Positions 19,006-28,676 of a stretch of DNA of 41,889 nt are shown here, one piece after another. Every line of letters starts with the position of its first letter. The stretch's first letter is position 1. This DNA is from an uncultured Eubacteriales bacterium. GTDB lineage: Bacteria; Bacillota_I; Bacilli_A; RF39; UBA660. Both the position numbers and the translations under genes were made by a program. The notes below the pieces were generated by a model. That model saw only the letters and a list, made by a program, of their open reading frames with translations, had not been told where the DNA came from and did not search any database. The stretch covers positions 1 to 41,889 of the forward strand of contig CAJPPJ010000002.1 of the NCBI GenBank assembly GCA_905372515.1, written 5' to 3'.

Positions 19006-19260
19006 ATGAAGGATAAAGTTATTAAAGCTTTAGGGGATAAGTTAGATAAATATAAAGTATTTATTGATGATGTATTTGAAGAAATGGAAGGTAATAATCA
19101 TTATCTTAGAGTAGTAGTAGATGCAGATTTTGTTATTGATTCTGACTTAATATACGAAGTAAGTTCAGTTATAGATAAAGTATTAGATGAATTAGATTTA
19201 ATAGAAGATTCATATATTTTAGATATATATACAAAAGAAAAAGGTGAAGTAAATGAATAG
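19006..19260 (+). CDS. rimP: ribosome maturation factor RimP, N-terminal domain only (84 aa)
   Basis: HYLRVVVDADFVIDSDLIYEVSSVIDKVLDELDLIEDSYILDIYT aligns to B. subtilis RimP [44 protein letters not shown]. It sits directly upstream of nusA and overlaps it. Start chosen after the hairpin, with RBS GGAGGAG. Confidence 0.7.
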   Translation: MKDKVIKALGDKLDKYKVFIDDVFEEMEGNNHYLRVVVDADFVIDSDLIYEVSSVIDKVLDELDLIEDSYILDIYTKEKGEVNE

Positions 19261-20338
19261 TAAAGAATTTTTAAAAGCAGTTGAAATATTAACGAAAGAA
19301 AAAGGATTAGATAAAGAAGTTATATTTGATGCTATGGAATTAGCACTTACTAGTGCTTATAAGAAAAATTTTCATTCTTTAAATAATGTTAAAGTTTTTA
19401 TAGATAAAGTAAAAGGTGATATTAAAATATATTCTTTTATTACAGTAGTAGAAGATGAAAAGAAAGATAGTGAAGAATTTAATCCTGAAACTGAAATAAC
19501 TTTAACTGAAGCTAGAAAGATAGATAAGTTAAAAGAAGTAGGAGATACTTTTGATACTGAAGTAACACCAAAAGATTTTGGAAGAATAGCTACTGCTACT
19601 GCTAAACAAGTAGTGCTTCAAAAAATTAAAGAAGCAGAAAGAAGTTCTATTTTAAAAGATTTTGAAGATAAAGAAGGAGAAATGCTTTTAGGAACAGTAG
19701 AACTTGAAGATAGTGATAATTACTATATAGATTTTGGTAGAATAAAAGGTTTACTTCCTAAAAATGAATGTATACCTAAAGAAGTTATTAAAATAGGTCA
19801 AAAATTAAAAGTATATGTTACTAAAATAATAAGTGATAAATCTTTAACTATTTTATTATCAAGAAGACATTATAATTTTGTAAAAAGACTTTTTGAAATG
19901 GAAATACCAGAAATAATGGATGGTACAGTTTTAATTCATGCAGTAGCAAGAGAGGCTGGTGTAAGAAGTAAAGTATCAGTTGAATCTACAAAAGCTAACA
20001 TAGATCCAATAGGAGCATGTGTAGGAGAAAAAGGAATTAGAATTTCTAATATAATAAAAGAACTTCATGGTGAAAAAATAGATATAATTCCATATGATAA
20101 AAATATAGAAAGATATATATCTAATGCATTATTACCTGCAGAAAATTTATCAGTTATAGTAGAAGATGATAATAAAAATGAAGCCATTATATTTGCAAAT
20201 GATGATAATTATTCTTTAGCAATAGGTAAAAAAGGTATTAATATAAAACTAGCTGCAAGACTTACTAAGTTTAGATTAGATATTAAGACTCAAAAAGAAG
20301 CAGAAGAAATGGGAATAAATTTTAAAAATGAAGAATAA
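19253..20338 (+). CDS. nusA: transcription termination/antitermination factor NusA
   Basis: N-terminal domain, S1 and two KH domains (GACVGEKGIRISNIIKEL, LAIGKKGINIKLAARLT). Synteny is rimP-nusA-ylxR-infB. Confidence 0.95.
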   Translation: MNSKEFLKAVEILTKEKGLDKEVIFDAMELALTSAYKKNFHSLNNVKVFIDKVKGDIKIYSFITVVEDEKKDSEEFNPETEITLTEARKIDKLKEVGDTFDTEVTPKDFGRIATATAKQVVLQKIKEAERSSILKDFEDKEGEMLLGTVELEDSDNYYIDFGRIKGLLPKNECIPKEVIKIGQKLKVYVTKIISDKSLTILLSRRHYNFVKRLFEMEIPEIMDGTVLIHAVAREAGVRSKVSVESTKANIDPIGACVGEKGIRISNIIKELHGEKIDIIPYDKNIERYISNALLPAENLSVIVEDDNKNEAIIFANDDNYSLAIGKKGINIKLAARLTKFRLDIKTQKEAEEMGINFKNEE

Positions 20339-20588
20339 AAAAATACCACTTAGAACTTGTATTGTTACAAAAGAAGTTTTACCTAAACAAGAGTTATTTA
20401 GAATAGTTATAAATAAAGAAAAAGAAGTTAGTATAGATTTAACAGGTAAACAAAATGGTAGAGGTGTATATCTAAAAAAAGATATATCAGTAATAAATAA
20501 AGCAAAAGATTTAAAATTATTAGATAAAAAATTAGAAGTAAAAATAGAAGAAAAATTATATGAAGATTTAATTAACCTAATGAAATAA
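20328..20588 (+). CDS. ylxR: YlxR/RnpM family (DUF448) RNA-binding protein
   Basis: IPLRTCIVTKEVLPKQELFRIV...GRGVYL signature. Position between nusA and infB. Confidence 0.85.
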   Translation: MKNKKIPLRTCIVTKEVLPKQELFRIVINKEKEVSIDLTGKQNGRGVYLKKDISVINKAKDLKLLDKKLEVKIEEKLYEDLINLMK

Positions 20589-20606
20589 GAAAGGTAGGTG
20601 ATTAAC

Positions 20607-22727
20607 ATGATGAGTATTTTAGAATATTCAATAGATGTGAATTTAGATGTAGAAAAGATATTAGCTTTGTGTGATAGTTTAGGAATAGATTATATAGATG
20701 AAAATTCTACATTATCAGATGAAGATATTACAATGTTAGATAATAACTTATCAGAAATTGAAAATTTAGATGAAGAAGAAAGTTTTGATTCAGAAGATGA
20801 AATAGAAGATGAAGAGGAAGAAGAACAATTAGTTGAAAAGTTTGGGTCTAGAAAGAAAATAGAAAAAATAAAAACTAAGATATCAACAAGAGATGATAAT
20901 AAAGCTAATTTTCAATCTGAAAAGAAAAATTTATATAAACATAAGAAAAAGTTAAAATCTAATGTTATTGGAGAAGATGATAATTTTGTAGTATATAAAG
21001 AGGGTATGACAGTAATGGATATTGCAACATCTATGAAAGTAAATCCAGCTGAACTTATTAAAAAACTTATATCTCTTGGTATTATGGCTAATATGAATGC
21101 TTCTCTTACTTATGAAGTAGCAGAAATTTTAGTAGCAGATTATGATAAAACTCTAAAGAAAATAGAAGATACAGATATATCTAAATTTGATGAAGATTTT
21201 GAAATTGCTGATAAAGAAGAAGATTTAGTTGAAAGAGCACCAGTTATTACAATAATGGGTCATGTTGATCATGGTAAAACTTCATTACTTGATGCAATTA
21301 GAGAAAGTAATATTGTTAGTGGAGAAGCTGGTGGTATTACTCAAGCAATATCTTCATATCAAATAAAATATAAAAATAAGCCAATTACATTTATAGATAC
21401 ACCTGGACATGCCGCATTTACAGAAATGAGAGCAAGAGGTGCAAAAGTAACAGATATAATAATTGTTATAGTAGCAGCAGATGATGGTGTTAAACCACAA
21501 ACTGAAGAAGCAATAGATCATGCTAAGGCAGCAGGAGTTCCTATTATAGTTGCGATTAATAAAATAGATAAACCTGATGCTAACAAAGAAAAAACTCTTG
21601 AAGAAATAGCGAGAGCAGGTCTTCAACCAGAGATTTGGGGAGGAGATGTAATAGTTAATTATATTTCTGCTAAGACTAAAGAAGGAATAAATGAATTACT
21701 TGATAATATTTTACTTATTAGTGAAATGCAAGGTTATAAAGCTAATCCTAATAGATATGCTATAGGTACAGTTATAGAAGCATATAAAGATGTAAAAACT
21801 GGTGTCGTAGCTAGTGTTTTAGTACAAAATGGAACACTTAGAATTGGAGATCCAATTTGTTGTGGAACTATTTTTGGAAAAATAAGAAACATGAAAAATG
21901 ATTTAGGAGAATCTATTACAGAAGCATTACCATCAACACCGGTAGAAATTATAGGTTTATCTGAAGTACCAGAAGCTGGAGATAAATTTATGGCATTTGA
22001 AACAGAAAAACAAGCTAAAGAAGTATCGGATAAGAGAATTGCAAGAATTAAGTCTGATGATTTAGGTAAAACAAATATGAGTTTAGATGAATTATTCTCT
22101 GCTATTAAAAAAGGAGAAAAGAGTTTAAATGTTATATTAAAAACAGATACTAAAGGTTCATTAGAAGCTATAAAACAAAGCTTGTCTAAAATTAATATCG
22201 AAGGTGTAGAAATAAAAATAGTAAGAGGTAGTGTTGGAGCTATATCAGAAAGTGACATAGTTCTTGCTAAAGCTAGTGAAGCAATAGTTATAGGATTTAA
22301 TGTACGACCTAGTAGTAATGTAGTAGAAATAGCCAAAACAAAAGATGTCCAAATAAAACTATACGATATTATCTATAAACTTATAGAAGATTTAGAAAAA
22401 TCTATTTTAGGAAGTTTAGATCCAGAATATGAAGAAATAGTTATAGGATCTGCTGAAATTAAGACAGTGTTTAAATTTTCTAAAGTTGGAAATATAGCTG
22501 GATGTAGAGTAATAGATGGAATTATAAGAAATTCATCTAACTGTCGACTTATAAGAGATGGAGTAGTAATTTATACTGGTAAGATTAAGACTTTACAAAA
22601 AGAAAAAGACCAAGTTAAAGAAGTAGCAAAAGGCTTTGAATGTGGTATTACTTTAGAAAATTATCAAGATATAAAAGAAAACGATATAATAGAAGCTTAT
22701 GAATTAAAGGAAATTAAAAAAATATGA
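20607..22727 (+). CDS. infB: translation initiation factor IF-2
   Basis: G domain motifs [17 protein letters not shown] and NKIDK, plus C-terminal IF2 domains. ATG 20607 is preferred (AGGTAGGTG RBS 6 nt upstream) over the track's GTG at 20598. It ends in TGA, overlapping the rbfA ATG (ATGA). Confidence 0.95.
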   Translation: MMSILEYSIDVNLDVEKILALCDSLGIDYIDENSTLSDEDITMLDNNLSEIENLDEEESFDSEDEIEDEEEEEQLVEKFGSRKKIEKIKTKISTRDDNKANFQSEKKNLYKHKKKLKSNVIGEDDNFVVYKEGMTVMDIATSMKVNPAELIKKLISLGIMANMNASLTYEVAEILVADYDKTLKKIEDTDISKFDEDFEIADKEEDLVERAPVITIMGHVDHGKTSLLDAIRESNIVSGEAGGITQAISSYQIKYKNKPITFIDTPGHAAFTEMRARGAKVTDIIIVIVAADDGVKPQTEEAIDHAKAAGVPIIVAINKIDKPDANKEKTLEEIARAGLQPEIWGGDVIVNYISAKTKEGINELLDNILLISEMQGYKANPNRYAIGTVIEAYKDVKTGVVASVLVQNGTLRIGDPICCGTIFGKIRNMKNDLGESITEALPSTPVEIIGLSEVPEAGDKFMAFETEKQAKEVSDKRIARIKSDDLGKTNMSLDELFSAIKKGEKSLNVILKTDTKGSLEAIKQSLSKINIEGVEIKIVRGSVGAISESDIVLAKASEAIVIGFNVRPSSNVVEIAKTKDVQIKLYDIIYKLIEDLEKSILGSLDPEYEEIVIGSAEIKTVFKFSKVGNIAGCRVIDGIIRNSSNCRLIRDGVVIYTGKIKTLQKEKDQVKEVAKGFECGITLENYQDIKENDIIEAYELKEIKKI

Positions 22728-23044
22728 GTATAAGTGTAAATAGAATAGAAAGTACTTTTAAAAAAGAATTATCTTATATACTTGAAAATGCTAAAAATGA
22801 TCATTTAAAAGCTATGACTATAACAGATATTGATTTAACTAGTCAAAAAGAATATGCAAGAGTTTATTTTATGACACATAAGAATGTAGAAAAGACTTTA
22901 AAAGAAGTAAAAAGATCTATGGCATATATAAATAAAGTACTTAGTTCAAAATTAAGTTTAAAAAGATTACCTAGAATAGAATTTATTTTAGATAATTCAT
23001 ATGAATATGGAAAAGAAATAGAAGAGAAACTAAAAAATATTTAG
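22724..23044 (+). CDS. rbfA: ribosome-binding factor A
   Basis: 106 aa with an RbfA-like pattern (R..RI...FKKELS.IL......D.......ITD...T.D...A.VYF). Position directly after infB. Confidence 0.85.
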   Translation: MSISVNRIESTFKKELSYILENAKNDHLKAMTITDIDLTSQKEYARVYFMTHKNVEKTLKEVKRSMAYINKVLSSKLSLKRLPRIEFILDNSYEYGKEIEEKLKNI

Positions 23045-23056
23045 TTTCTTTTTTTT
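23025..23056 (+). terminator. rho-independent terminator after rbfA
   Basis: AGAAACTAA-AAAATAT-TTAGTTTCT stem followed by T8. Confidence 0.65.
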
Positions 23057-23097
23057 ATAAAAAATGCTACTATATTATATAGAATAAGGAGTAATAG

Positions 23098-24354
23098 ATG
23101 AAGAAAAAATTATTTTTATTGTGTATTTTATTATTAATACCATTTATTACTTTTGCTGATGAAGAAAAAGAAAAGAAAGATCATACTTTAACTAATAAAA
23201 ATTTAATAGTTGAATGTATTTATAGTGATGGAGGATTATATTCTTATGAATATAATGAAGCAGAAGATAAGTTTGTAACTAATAGACAAGAATTTTTAGG
23301 AACAGGTAAAAAAGTTGTACCATCCAATATAGTTTTTTTATCAGAACTTACATCTAATAATGAAACGCTTACAGTAGTAGATAAAGATTTAACATGTAAA
23401 AGATATATTTATACTGGTGTATCTAAAAAAGAAGATGAAGAAGCTAGTAAAAAAAATGTTCAAAACATTTATATGTTTATTAAAGGTAGTAATTCTGGAG
23501 AAGATCCTATAAGAATAAATGAAGCAAATATTGATAGTTATACCGGTAAATGGTATACAATAGGTATTCCATTAGTAAAGACAGAGATTAGAAAAGCTTT
23601 AGAAACAGCTATTATAGAACAAAAAAAGCATGAATTAGTAAATCAAAGATATAGATTATTATCTTCTGATACTGTAACACCTAGAAAGATATGTTATTTT
23701 GAATCTTCAACTAAGACAGATAATATTTCCACTAAAAAAGATATAATAAGTGCTCATATATATGACAATTATACTTTAATTAAAACAGCAGATGATTATT
23801 ATAATTTACTTACTAAAGAAGAAAGTAAAACTATTGATAATCTTTGTAAAGAATCAAAAGATGGAAAGATATATTTAAATGATTCAGTAGTATCTGCTAC
23901 TGGAGATTCTAGTGGTGGTGCTAAAATAACTGCTAAAACTTATGATAATAAAAGACAAACACATTTAACAATTTCCGAAAAACAAAGTAAGGTTAACTTT
24001 TTAGAGTATAGAAAAGTATCTGAAAATAATATGCAAGAAAAAGAAAGTGACGATAAACTTTGTGAATCTATTCCAAATGTTGCTAAAGTCTTAAGAACAA
24101 TTATTAGTTTTGGAAGAATAGGAATAGGTGCAATAGTAATAATTCTTATTGCAGTTGAAATACTTCAATTTGTATCTAGTTTGTCACCAAAAGATCAACT
24201 TCCAATTACAATTAAAAAGATTAGAAATAGAATTATATTATTAATAGTTATTTTATTATTACCATTAATTACTAATCTTATTGTTAGTTTATTAAAGAGT
24301 GCAAACACTATAGAAACATCAACTATACAAGTTATAGATTGTTTATTTAAATAG
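23098..24354 (+). CDS. secreted protein with C-terminal two-helix VirB2/TrbC pilin-like membrane hairpin
   Basis: Signal peptide (MKKKLFLLCILLLIPFITFA|DEE), then about 300 aa hydrophilic. The C-terminus is IGIGAIVIILIAVEILQFV, a short K/R loop, then IILLIVILLLPLITNLIVSLL. Confidence 0.6.
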   Translation: MKKKLFLLCILLLIPFITFADEEKEKKDHTLTNKNLIVECIYSDGGLYSYEYNEAEDKFVTNRQEFLGTGKKVVPSNIVFLSELTSNNETLTVVDKDLTCKRYIYTGVSKKEDEEASKKNVQNIYMFIKGSNSGEDPIRINEANIDSYTGKWYTIGIPLVKTEIRKALETAIIEQKKHELVNQRYRLLSSDTVTPRKICYFESSTKTDNISTKKDIISAHIYDNYTLIKTADDYYNLLTKEESKTIDNLCKESKDGKIYLNDSVVSATGDSSGGAKITAKTYDNKRQTHLTISEKQSKVNFLEYRKVSENNMQEKESDDKLCESIPNVAKVLRTIISFGRIGIGAIVIILIAVEILQFVSSLSPKDQLPITIKKIRNRIILLIVILLLPLITNLIVSLLKSANTIETSTIQVIDCLFK

Positions 24355-24362
24355 GAGAAAAC

Positions 24363-26597
24363 ATGCCAATATTAGATATATTAAAAACAATTGATATTGC
24401 AGAACTTGCCGTACAAATAATTGGTTTATTAGCAAGTAGATGGTTTATGCTAAATGGTATTATTTATATAATAAGATCACTTAGTTATTTTGTTGACTCT
24501 CAATTTGTAAATTTAATCGGTATGATTTATAAATATTTTAATTTGCTTTTAAAAGGTGAGATGTTTAATGAACAAATAGTATCTCAATTGTTATCTAGTA
24601 TATATGTATTTATTGGTCTTATTATATTTTTTAGATTAGCAACAGTACTTATAAAATATTTAGTTAATCCTGAAACTATAGAAAGTTCAAGTGATAGTAA
24701 AAGTGGTTTATTTTCAGGACTTGTAAAAAGAATTGTAATAGGTAGTATTATGATTGCTTTGATACCATTTATATTTTCTACTATGAATAAACTTCAAGTA
24801 GCTATAATAGAAGATAATGTTGTACAAAATATTTTTATTCAAAATGAAGCATTTAAAGCTTTTAATAAAAGACATGCTCAAAATGGAGGACAATATTTAG
24901 CAAATTATGTATTAGCAGGTTTTATAAAACCTAATAATAATAGTTCTTCTGCAATTAAGATGAGTTATGAATCAATGAAAAAATCTGCTAATCCTGATTT
25001 AATAAATATAAATGATGGAGTAGTACCAGGAGTTATTGTTAAATATAGTTATACTTATTATTTTATAGTGTCTACATTCGTTCTTTTTTATATCTTTAAA
25101 ATAATGATAGGATATGCTATAGATATTATTACAAGATTTTTTAAAACTCTTTTATATCAACTTATGGCACCTATTGCTATAGTTGAATATATGATTAGTG
25201 GAAATGTTGGAATTTTTGAAAAATGGAAAACTAGTGTAATAGCTAATTATTTATCTTTATTTGTTAGAATGTTATCTATTTGGTTTACAATATTTATCTT
25301 ATCTCTTATGACAGCAGATGGTTTACCAAATGGTAATTTACTTAAGACAGATGATGATTTATTAAGAGCAATAATAATTATAGCTTTAATAGCATTTATG
25401 AAAGATTTACCTAATTATGTTGGTCAAATAATTGGTTTTGATTTAAAACAAGAAAGTTCTGCTATGGGAATAGTTAGTGGAGCTGCTAAAGCTGTTGTTG
25501 GAGCAGCAGGAGCAGGTCTTATGGCTGGAAGTGGAATTATAGGAAGTTCTTTAAACAGGTTAGGTGGAGCTTTAAATAGAAATATTGGTAATAAGTTAGC
25601 TGGAGCTAGAGAGGCTAGTAGAAATGCTCTTAATAGAGGAAGAGAAATGGGACTTAGTGGTGATCAATTAAGGCAAGCTAGTAGAAATGCTATAAGAGAT
25701 TATGGTAATAGCCAAGTAGCAGAAAGAAGAAGTAGAGGTAATGCTTTACAAAGAATGAGAAATACTGCAGCAGAAGGTGTAAGAAATAATGCAATGAATG
25801 ATGTTAGAGATTCTGTTAGTGGACTTACAAGTATTGCAGATCATATATCAGGACTTCATGAAATTGGAGCTCCAGCAGCTGCACAAAACTTATTTAATAA
25901 AATGTTTCCAGAAAATAGAAATCAAGGTGGAGCTCAAAATAATCAACAACAAAATCAAAATAATCAACAACAAAATCCAATAATACCAAGACCTAATAGA
26001 GGAAGACATTTTGACTTACTTAATGAAAGTAATTTAGATAATATAAATGCCACAGGTAATAATCTTACTAGAGATGAATCTATTAATAATATGACTGATT
26101 TCTTGTTTAGAGCAGATAATAATCAAGATTATAGTGATTACCTTCAAGATGTCCAAAATGATAATAATCTTACATCTGGTGTAAGTGCTGAAGATAGAAA
26201 TATTGTTTTAACAAGAGCAGGAATAAATGATCCTAATTCTAATATTGTTAGAAATTCTCATACATTAGAAGAAATAGCTAGAAATATATCTAGTCATTCA
26301 AATGGAACAATAAGCTATGAACAAGCATATGAAACAACTAGAACATATATTGAAGGAGCAGGTATTCAAGCACAAAGTAGATATACTGTAACCGAAAGTA
26401 ATGGAACAACTCATACTATTGATATACCTTGTGTTGATCAAAATGGTAATTTCTTAAGAACAGGAGAATATACTTTATCAGATAATAATATAGCAGATAT
26501 TACTAATGATATTAAAAATAACTATTGGGGAGAAACAGCAAGAGATTACTTTGATACTAATTTACAAGAAAATAATGGAGGAGTATCTAGAAAATAG
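24363..26597 (+). CDS. polytopic membrane protein with VirB6/TrbL-like organisation and long N/Q/R-rich tail
   Basis: At least 6 predicted TM helices over the first 360 aa or so. A Gly/Ala-rich stretch (GIVSGAAKAVVGAAGAGLMAGSGIIGSS) follows, then about 340 aa of low-complexity hydrophilic tail. The start lies 8 nt after the upstream gene (RBS GGAGAA). Confidence 0.6.
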   Translation: MPILDILKTIDIAELAVQIIGLLASRWFMLNGIIYIIRSLSYFVDSQFVNLIGMIYKYFNLLLKGEMFNEQIVSQLLSSIYVFIGLIIFFRLATVLIKYLVNPETIESSSDSKSGLFSGLVKRIVIGSIMIALIPFIFSTMNKLQVAIIEDNVVQNIFIQNEAFKAFNKRHAQNGGQYLANYVLAGFIKPNNNSSSAIKMSYESMKKSANPDLININDGVVPGVIVKYSYTYYFIVSTFVLFYIFKIMIGYAIDIITRFFKTLLYQLMAPIAIVEYMISGNVGIFEKWKTSVIANYLSLFVRMLSIWFTIFILSLMTADGLPNGNLLKTDDDLLRAIIIIALIAFMKDLPNYVGQIIGFDLKQESSAMGIVSGAAKAVVGAAGAGLMAGSGIIGSSLNRLGGALNRNIGNKLAGAREASRNALNRGREMGLSGDQLRQASRNAIRDYGNSQVAERRSRGNALQRMRNTAAEGVRNNAMNDVRDSVSGLTSIADHISGLHEIGAPAAAQNLFNKMFPENRNQGGAQNNQQQNQNNQQQNPIIPRPNRGRHFDLLNESNLDNINATGNNLTRDESINNMTDFLFRADNNQDYSDYLQDVQNDNNLTSGVSAEDRNIVLTRAGINDPNSNIVRNSHTLEEIARNISSHSNGTISYEQAYETTRTYIEGAGIQAQSRYTVTESNGTTHTIDIPCVDQNGNFLRTGEYTLSDNNIADITNDIKNNYWGETARDYFDTNLQENNGGVSRK
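25935..25976 (+). repeat. perfect 2 x 21-bp tandem repeat (CAAAATAATCAACAACAAAAT) inside the tail-coding region
   Basis: Read directly from the sequence. It encodes QNNQQQN twice and is in frame (7 codons per unit). Confidence 0.9.
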
Positions 26598-26747
26598 GTA
26601 CTTCTTTATTTATTATTGGTTAGTTAAGTGCTTCAAAAATAACTAAAATAAATTACATTTCTTCTTAAATTACAAATTTTTAATTATTTTTTGTAAATAT
26701 AAATAAAATGCAGTATAATAGTAGTCGTTTGTTCAGGGGGAATTTAT

Positions 26748-28270
26748 ATGAAATTAAAAACAAGTGCTAAGTTATATGTTTATATGATATTTGCTTGGTT
26801 AGTTTTGCTTGCATTATCGTTTAAAGATTTTTATTACTCTTTTAGAGGAGTTGGTAATAATTATGTATTATTTATTCTTTTAGTTATGAATACATTATTT
26901 ATATGCTATTTTTGGTTAAATGGTATGAAAGAAATATTTTATGTATTCTTTTATTGGAAAAATAAGAATAAAATTATAAAGATACCTAGAAAGAAAATAA
27001 CAGATAATCCAAAAGTTATACTACTATATTGTACATGTAATGATTTTAATGCTGATAGTTTAGCTAAATCTATGAAACAAAAATATTCTAATTTTGAAAC
27101 TTATATATTAGATGATTCTAAAGATAAAGAATATATTAAGACAGTAAATGCTTTTGCAAAAGAAAATAATGTGAAAGTTATAAGAAGGAAAGATAGAATA
27201 GGTTTTAAAGCAGGTAATATTAATCATTTCTTAAAAGGAAAAGAAGATTATGATTATTTTGTAATATTAGATAGTGATGAAGTAATACCAAAAGATTTTA
27301 TTACAAAAGCTCTTAAATATTTTTATTCATATAAGAATATTGGAATATTACAAGCTAATCATATATCTTCAAGAAATGTTAACTTTTTTATGAAAGTTTT
27401 TTCTAGAGGAGTTGATTCTCATTGGCCAACATATCAATCAGTTAAACATAATTATGGATTTTTATCATTACTTGGTCATGGTGCTATGGTAAGTAAAAAT
27501 TGTTATAAAGATACTGGAGGTTTTCCTCATGTAGTAGCAGAAGATCTATGTTTTTCAATAGAAGCTAGGATGAAAGGTATACTACAGCTTTTGCACCTAA
27601 TATTGTTTGTGAAGAAGAATATCCAGTTGATTATCTAGCATTCAAGAAAAGACATTTAAAATGGACTCAAGGAAATATGAAATTTATTAAAACATATACT
27701 AAGAGAATTATGAAATCTAGTTTAAAATGGTTTGAAAAGTTAGATATTGTATTATTTACTTATAGTTTACCTTTAACAGCATTCTTTGGTATTTATATTA
27801 TACTTAACTTAATTGTATTTCCGTTACTTGGCTATTCTTTAGGATATTCACCATTATTATTAATACCTACTGTAGTATTTTTAATAGCACCTATGGTAAA
27901 TGATATTATTTATTATTCAAAGAAAAAGATAGGGACATTATTTTTACTAGCATATTCATTACTTACTTTTGTTTTATATGGTTCAATGTTTTATGTTAGT
28001 TTAGAAACATCATTTAAAGCTATCTTAGGTAAAAAGGCATATTTTCATGTAACACCTAAAACAAGTAAAAGTATAACTTTAAAAGAGGCATTTAAAGTTA
28101 ATTTAAAAGAATTTATTTTTGGAGTAATATTAACTTTGATAGCAACTTTATTAACTAAAAATTTTTATGCAGTAATTTTGCTTGTTATACCAGTAGTATT
28201 AGCACCAATATTAATCTTAATGAGTAATATTAATGTAATATTTATGAAAAATATACAGAGTAAAGAATAA
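26748..28270 (+). pseudogene. processive family-2 glycosyltransferase (cellulose/PNAG/hyaluronan-synthase-like), frameshifted near 27577
   Basis: N-terminal TM helices are followed by the motifs YILDDSKD, ILDSDE and VAEDLCFS. After a -1 frame change the sequence reads YTTAFAPNIVCEEEYPVDYLAFKKRHLKWTQG (QxxRW-like) plus 4-5 C-terminal TM helices, which is ORF 27677..28270. One extra G (GG to GGG at 27576-27577) restores ...EARMKGYTTAF... Confidence 0.7.
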
Positions 28271-28276
28271 AATATA

Positions 28277-28309
28277 AAAAGCTATTGTAAAAACAAACAA
28301 TAGCTTTTT
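28277..28309. terminator. bidirectional rho-independent terminator between the convergent GT2 gene and rpmB
   Basis: AAAAGCTATTGT-AAAAACAA-ACAATAGCTTTT. The 12-bp stem is flanked by A and T runs on both sides. Confidence 0.7.
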
Positions 28310-28320
28310 AGTTTAGATTA

Positions 28321-28352
28321 AAATAAAAAAATATCTCTTATATTGAGATATT
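28321..28352 (-). terminator. rho-independent terminator of rpmB
   Basis: On the minus strand: AATATCTC-AATATAA-GAGATATT followed by TTTTTATTT. Confidence 0.55.
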
Positions 28353-28524
28353 AAATTAATCCTAACTTTCTAAAAGTTCTTAATTCTTTTGCACTAATTC
28401 TTATTTTAGTTCCATTAATTTTTACAACTTGAAGGTTTAATCCTTGTTTTTTTCTAGTTGCATTTAAAGCATGAGATCTTAAATTTTTAAAGTTAGGTTT
28501 TCTGCTTGTTACATTAATTGCCAT
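28351..28524 (-). CDS. rpmB: 50S ribosomal protein bL28
   Basis: Not in the ORF track (57 aa). The reverse-strand translation is MAINVTSRKPNFKNLRSHALNATRKKQGLNLQVVKINGTKIRISAKELRTFRKLGLI, a typical L28 pattern (SHA.N.T.R....NLQ). RBS AAGGAGG is present. Confidence 0.85.
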   Translation of the reverse strand: MAINVTSRKPNFKNLRSHALNATRKKQGLNLQVVKINGTKIRISAKELRTFRKLGLI

Positions 28525-28556
28525 GATGCCTCCTTGTTTAATTAATTACTTTAAGA

Positions 28557-28585
28557 TTTTAACATATTGGTTTAATCTAGTCAAT
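28557..28585 (-). promoter_or_regulatory. sigma-A type promoter for rpmB (TTGACT-17 nt-TAAAAT)
   Basis: The reverse complement of 28557-28585 reads TTGACTagattaaaccaatatgtTAAAAT. The -10 element ends 33 nt upstream of the rpmB ATG. Confidence 0.55.
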
Positions 28586-28676
28586 ATACTTACTTTAGCT
28601 ATACATAAATTTAATAAAAAGTAATCTAATAGAATTTAATAAGAAATTAATTTATAATAGTTATTAAAGAGGGAAT

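Noticed and set aside
21734-22336. 200-aa ORF on the minus strand inside infB. The antisense ORFs at 21354..21626 and 20276..20608 are similar.
   Set aside because: These are shadow ORFs antisense to strongly conserved genes (infB, nusA/ylxR). Their products are low-complexity and rich in L, I, S and F, as expected from reverse-reading AT-rich coding DNA. They have no RBS.
25798-25983. 61-aa + strand ORF in an alternative frame inside the VirB6-like gene.
   Set aside because: It overlaps a much longer ORF in a different frame, and it is produced by the low-complexity Q/N-coding repeat region.
26598-26747. The 150-nt intergenic region as a possible small RNA or riboswitch.
   Set aside because: I found only a weak 7-bp hairpin (TTAGTTA...TAACTAA) and promoter-like TTGTAA...TATAAT elements. 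There are no conserved riboswitch motifs or GC-rich structured core that I can recognise.
23098-28270. Calling this interval an integrative conjugative element or other mobile element.
   Set aside because: No integrase, transposase, relaxase or VirB4/VirD4 ATPase is visible, and I saw no obvious flanking direct repeats by eye. Only two T4SS-like membrane components and a broken GT2 gene are present. It is reported as a finding, not as a mobile_element feature.
27677-28270. A stand-alone 197-aa membrane protein gene.
   Set aside because: Its frame is open upstream to 27569 and continues the GT2 catalytic domain (YTTAFAP...RHLKWTQG). There is no RBS before ATG 27677. It is better explained as the C-terminal part of the frameshifted synthase.
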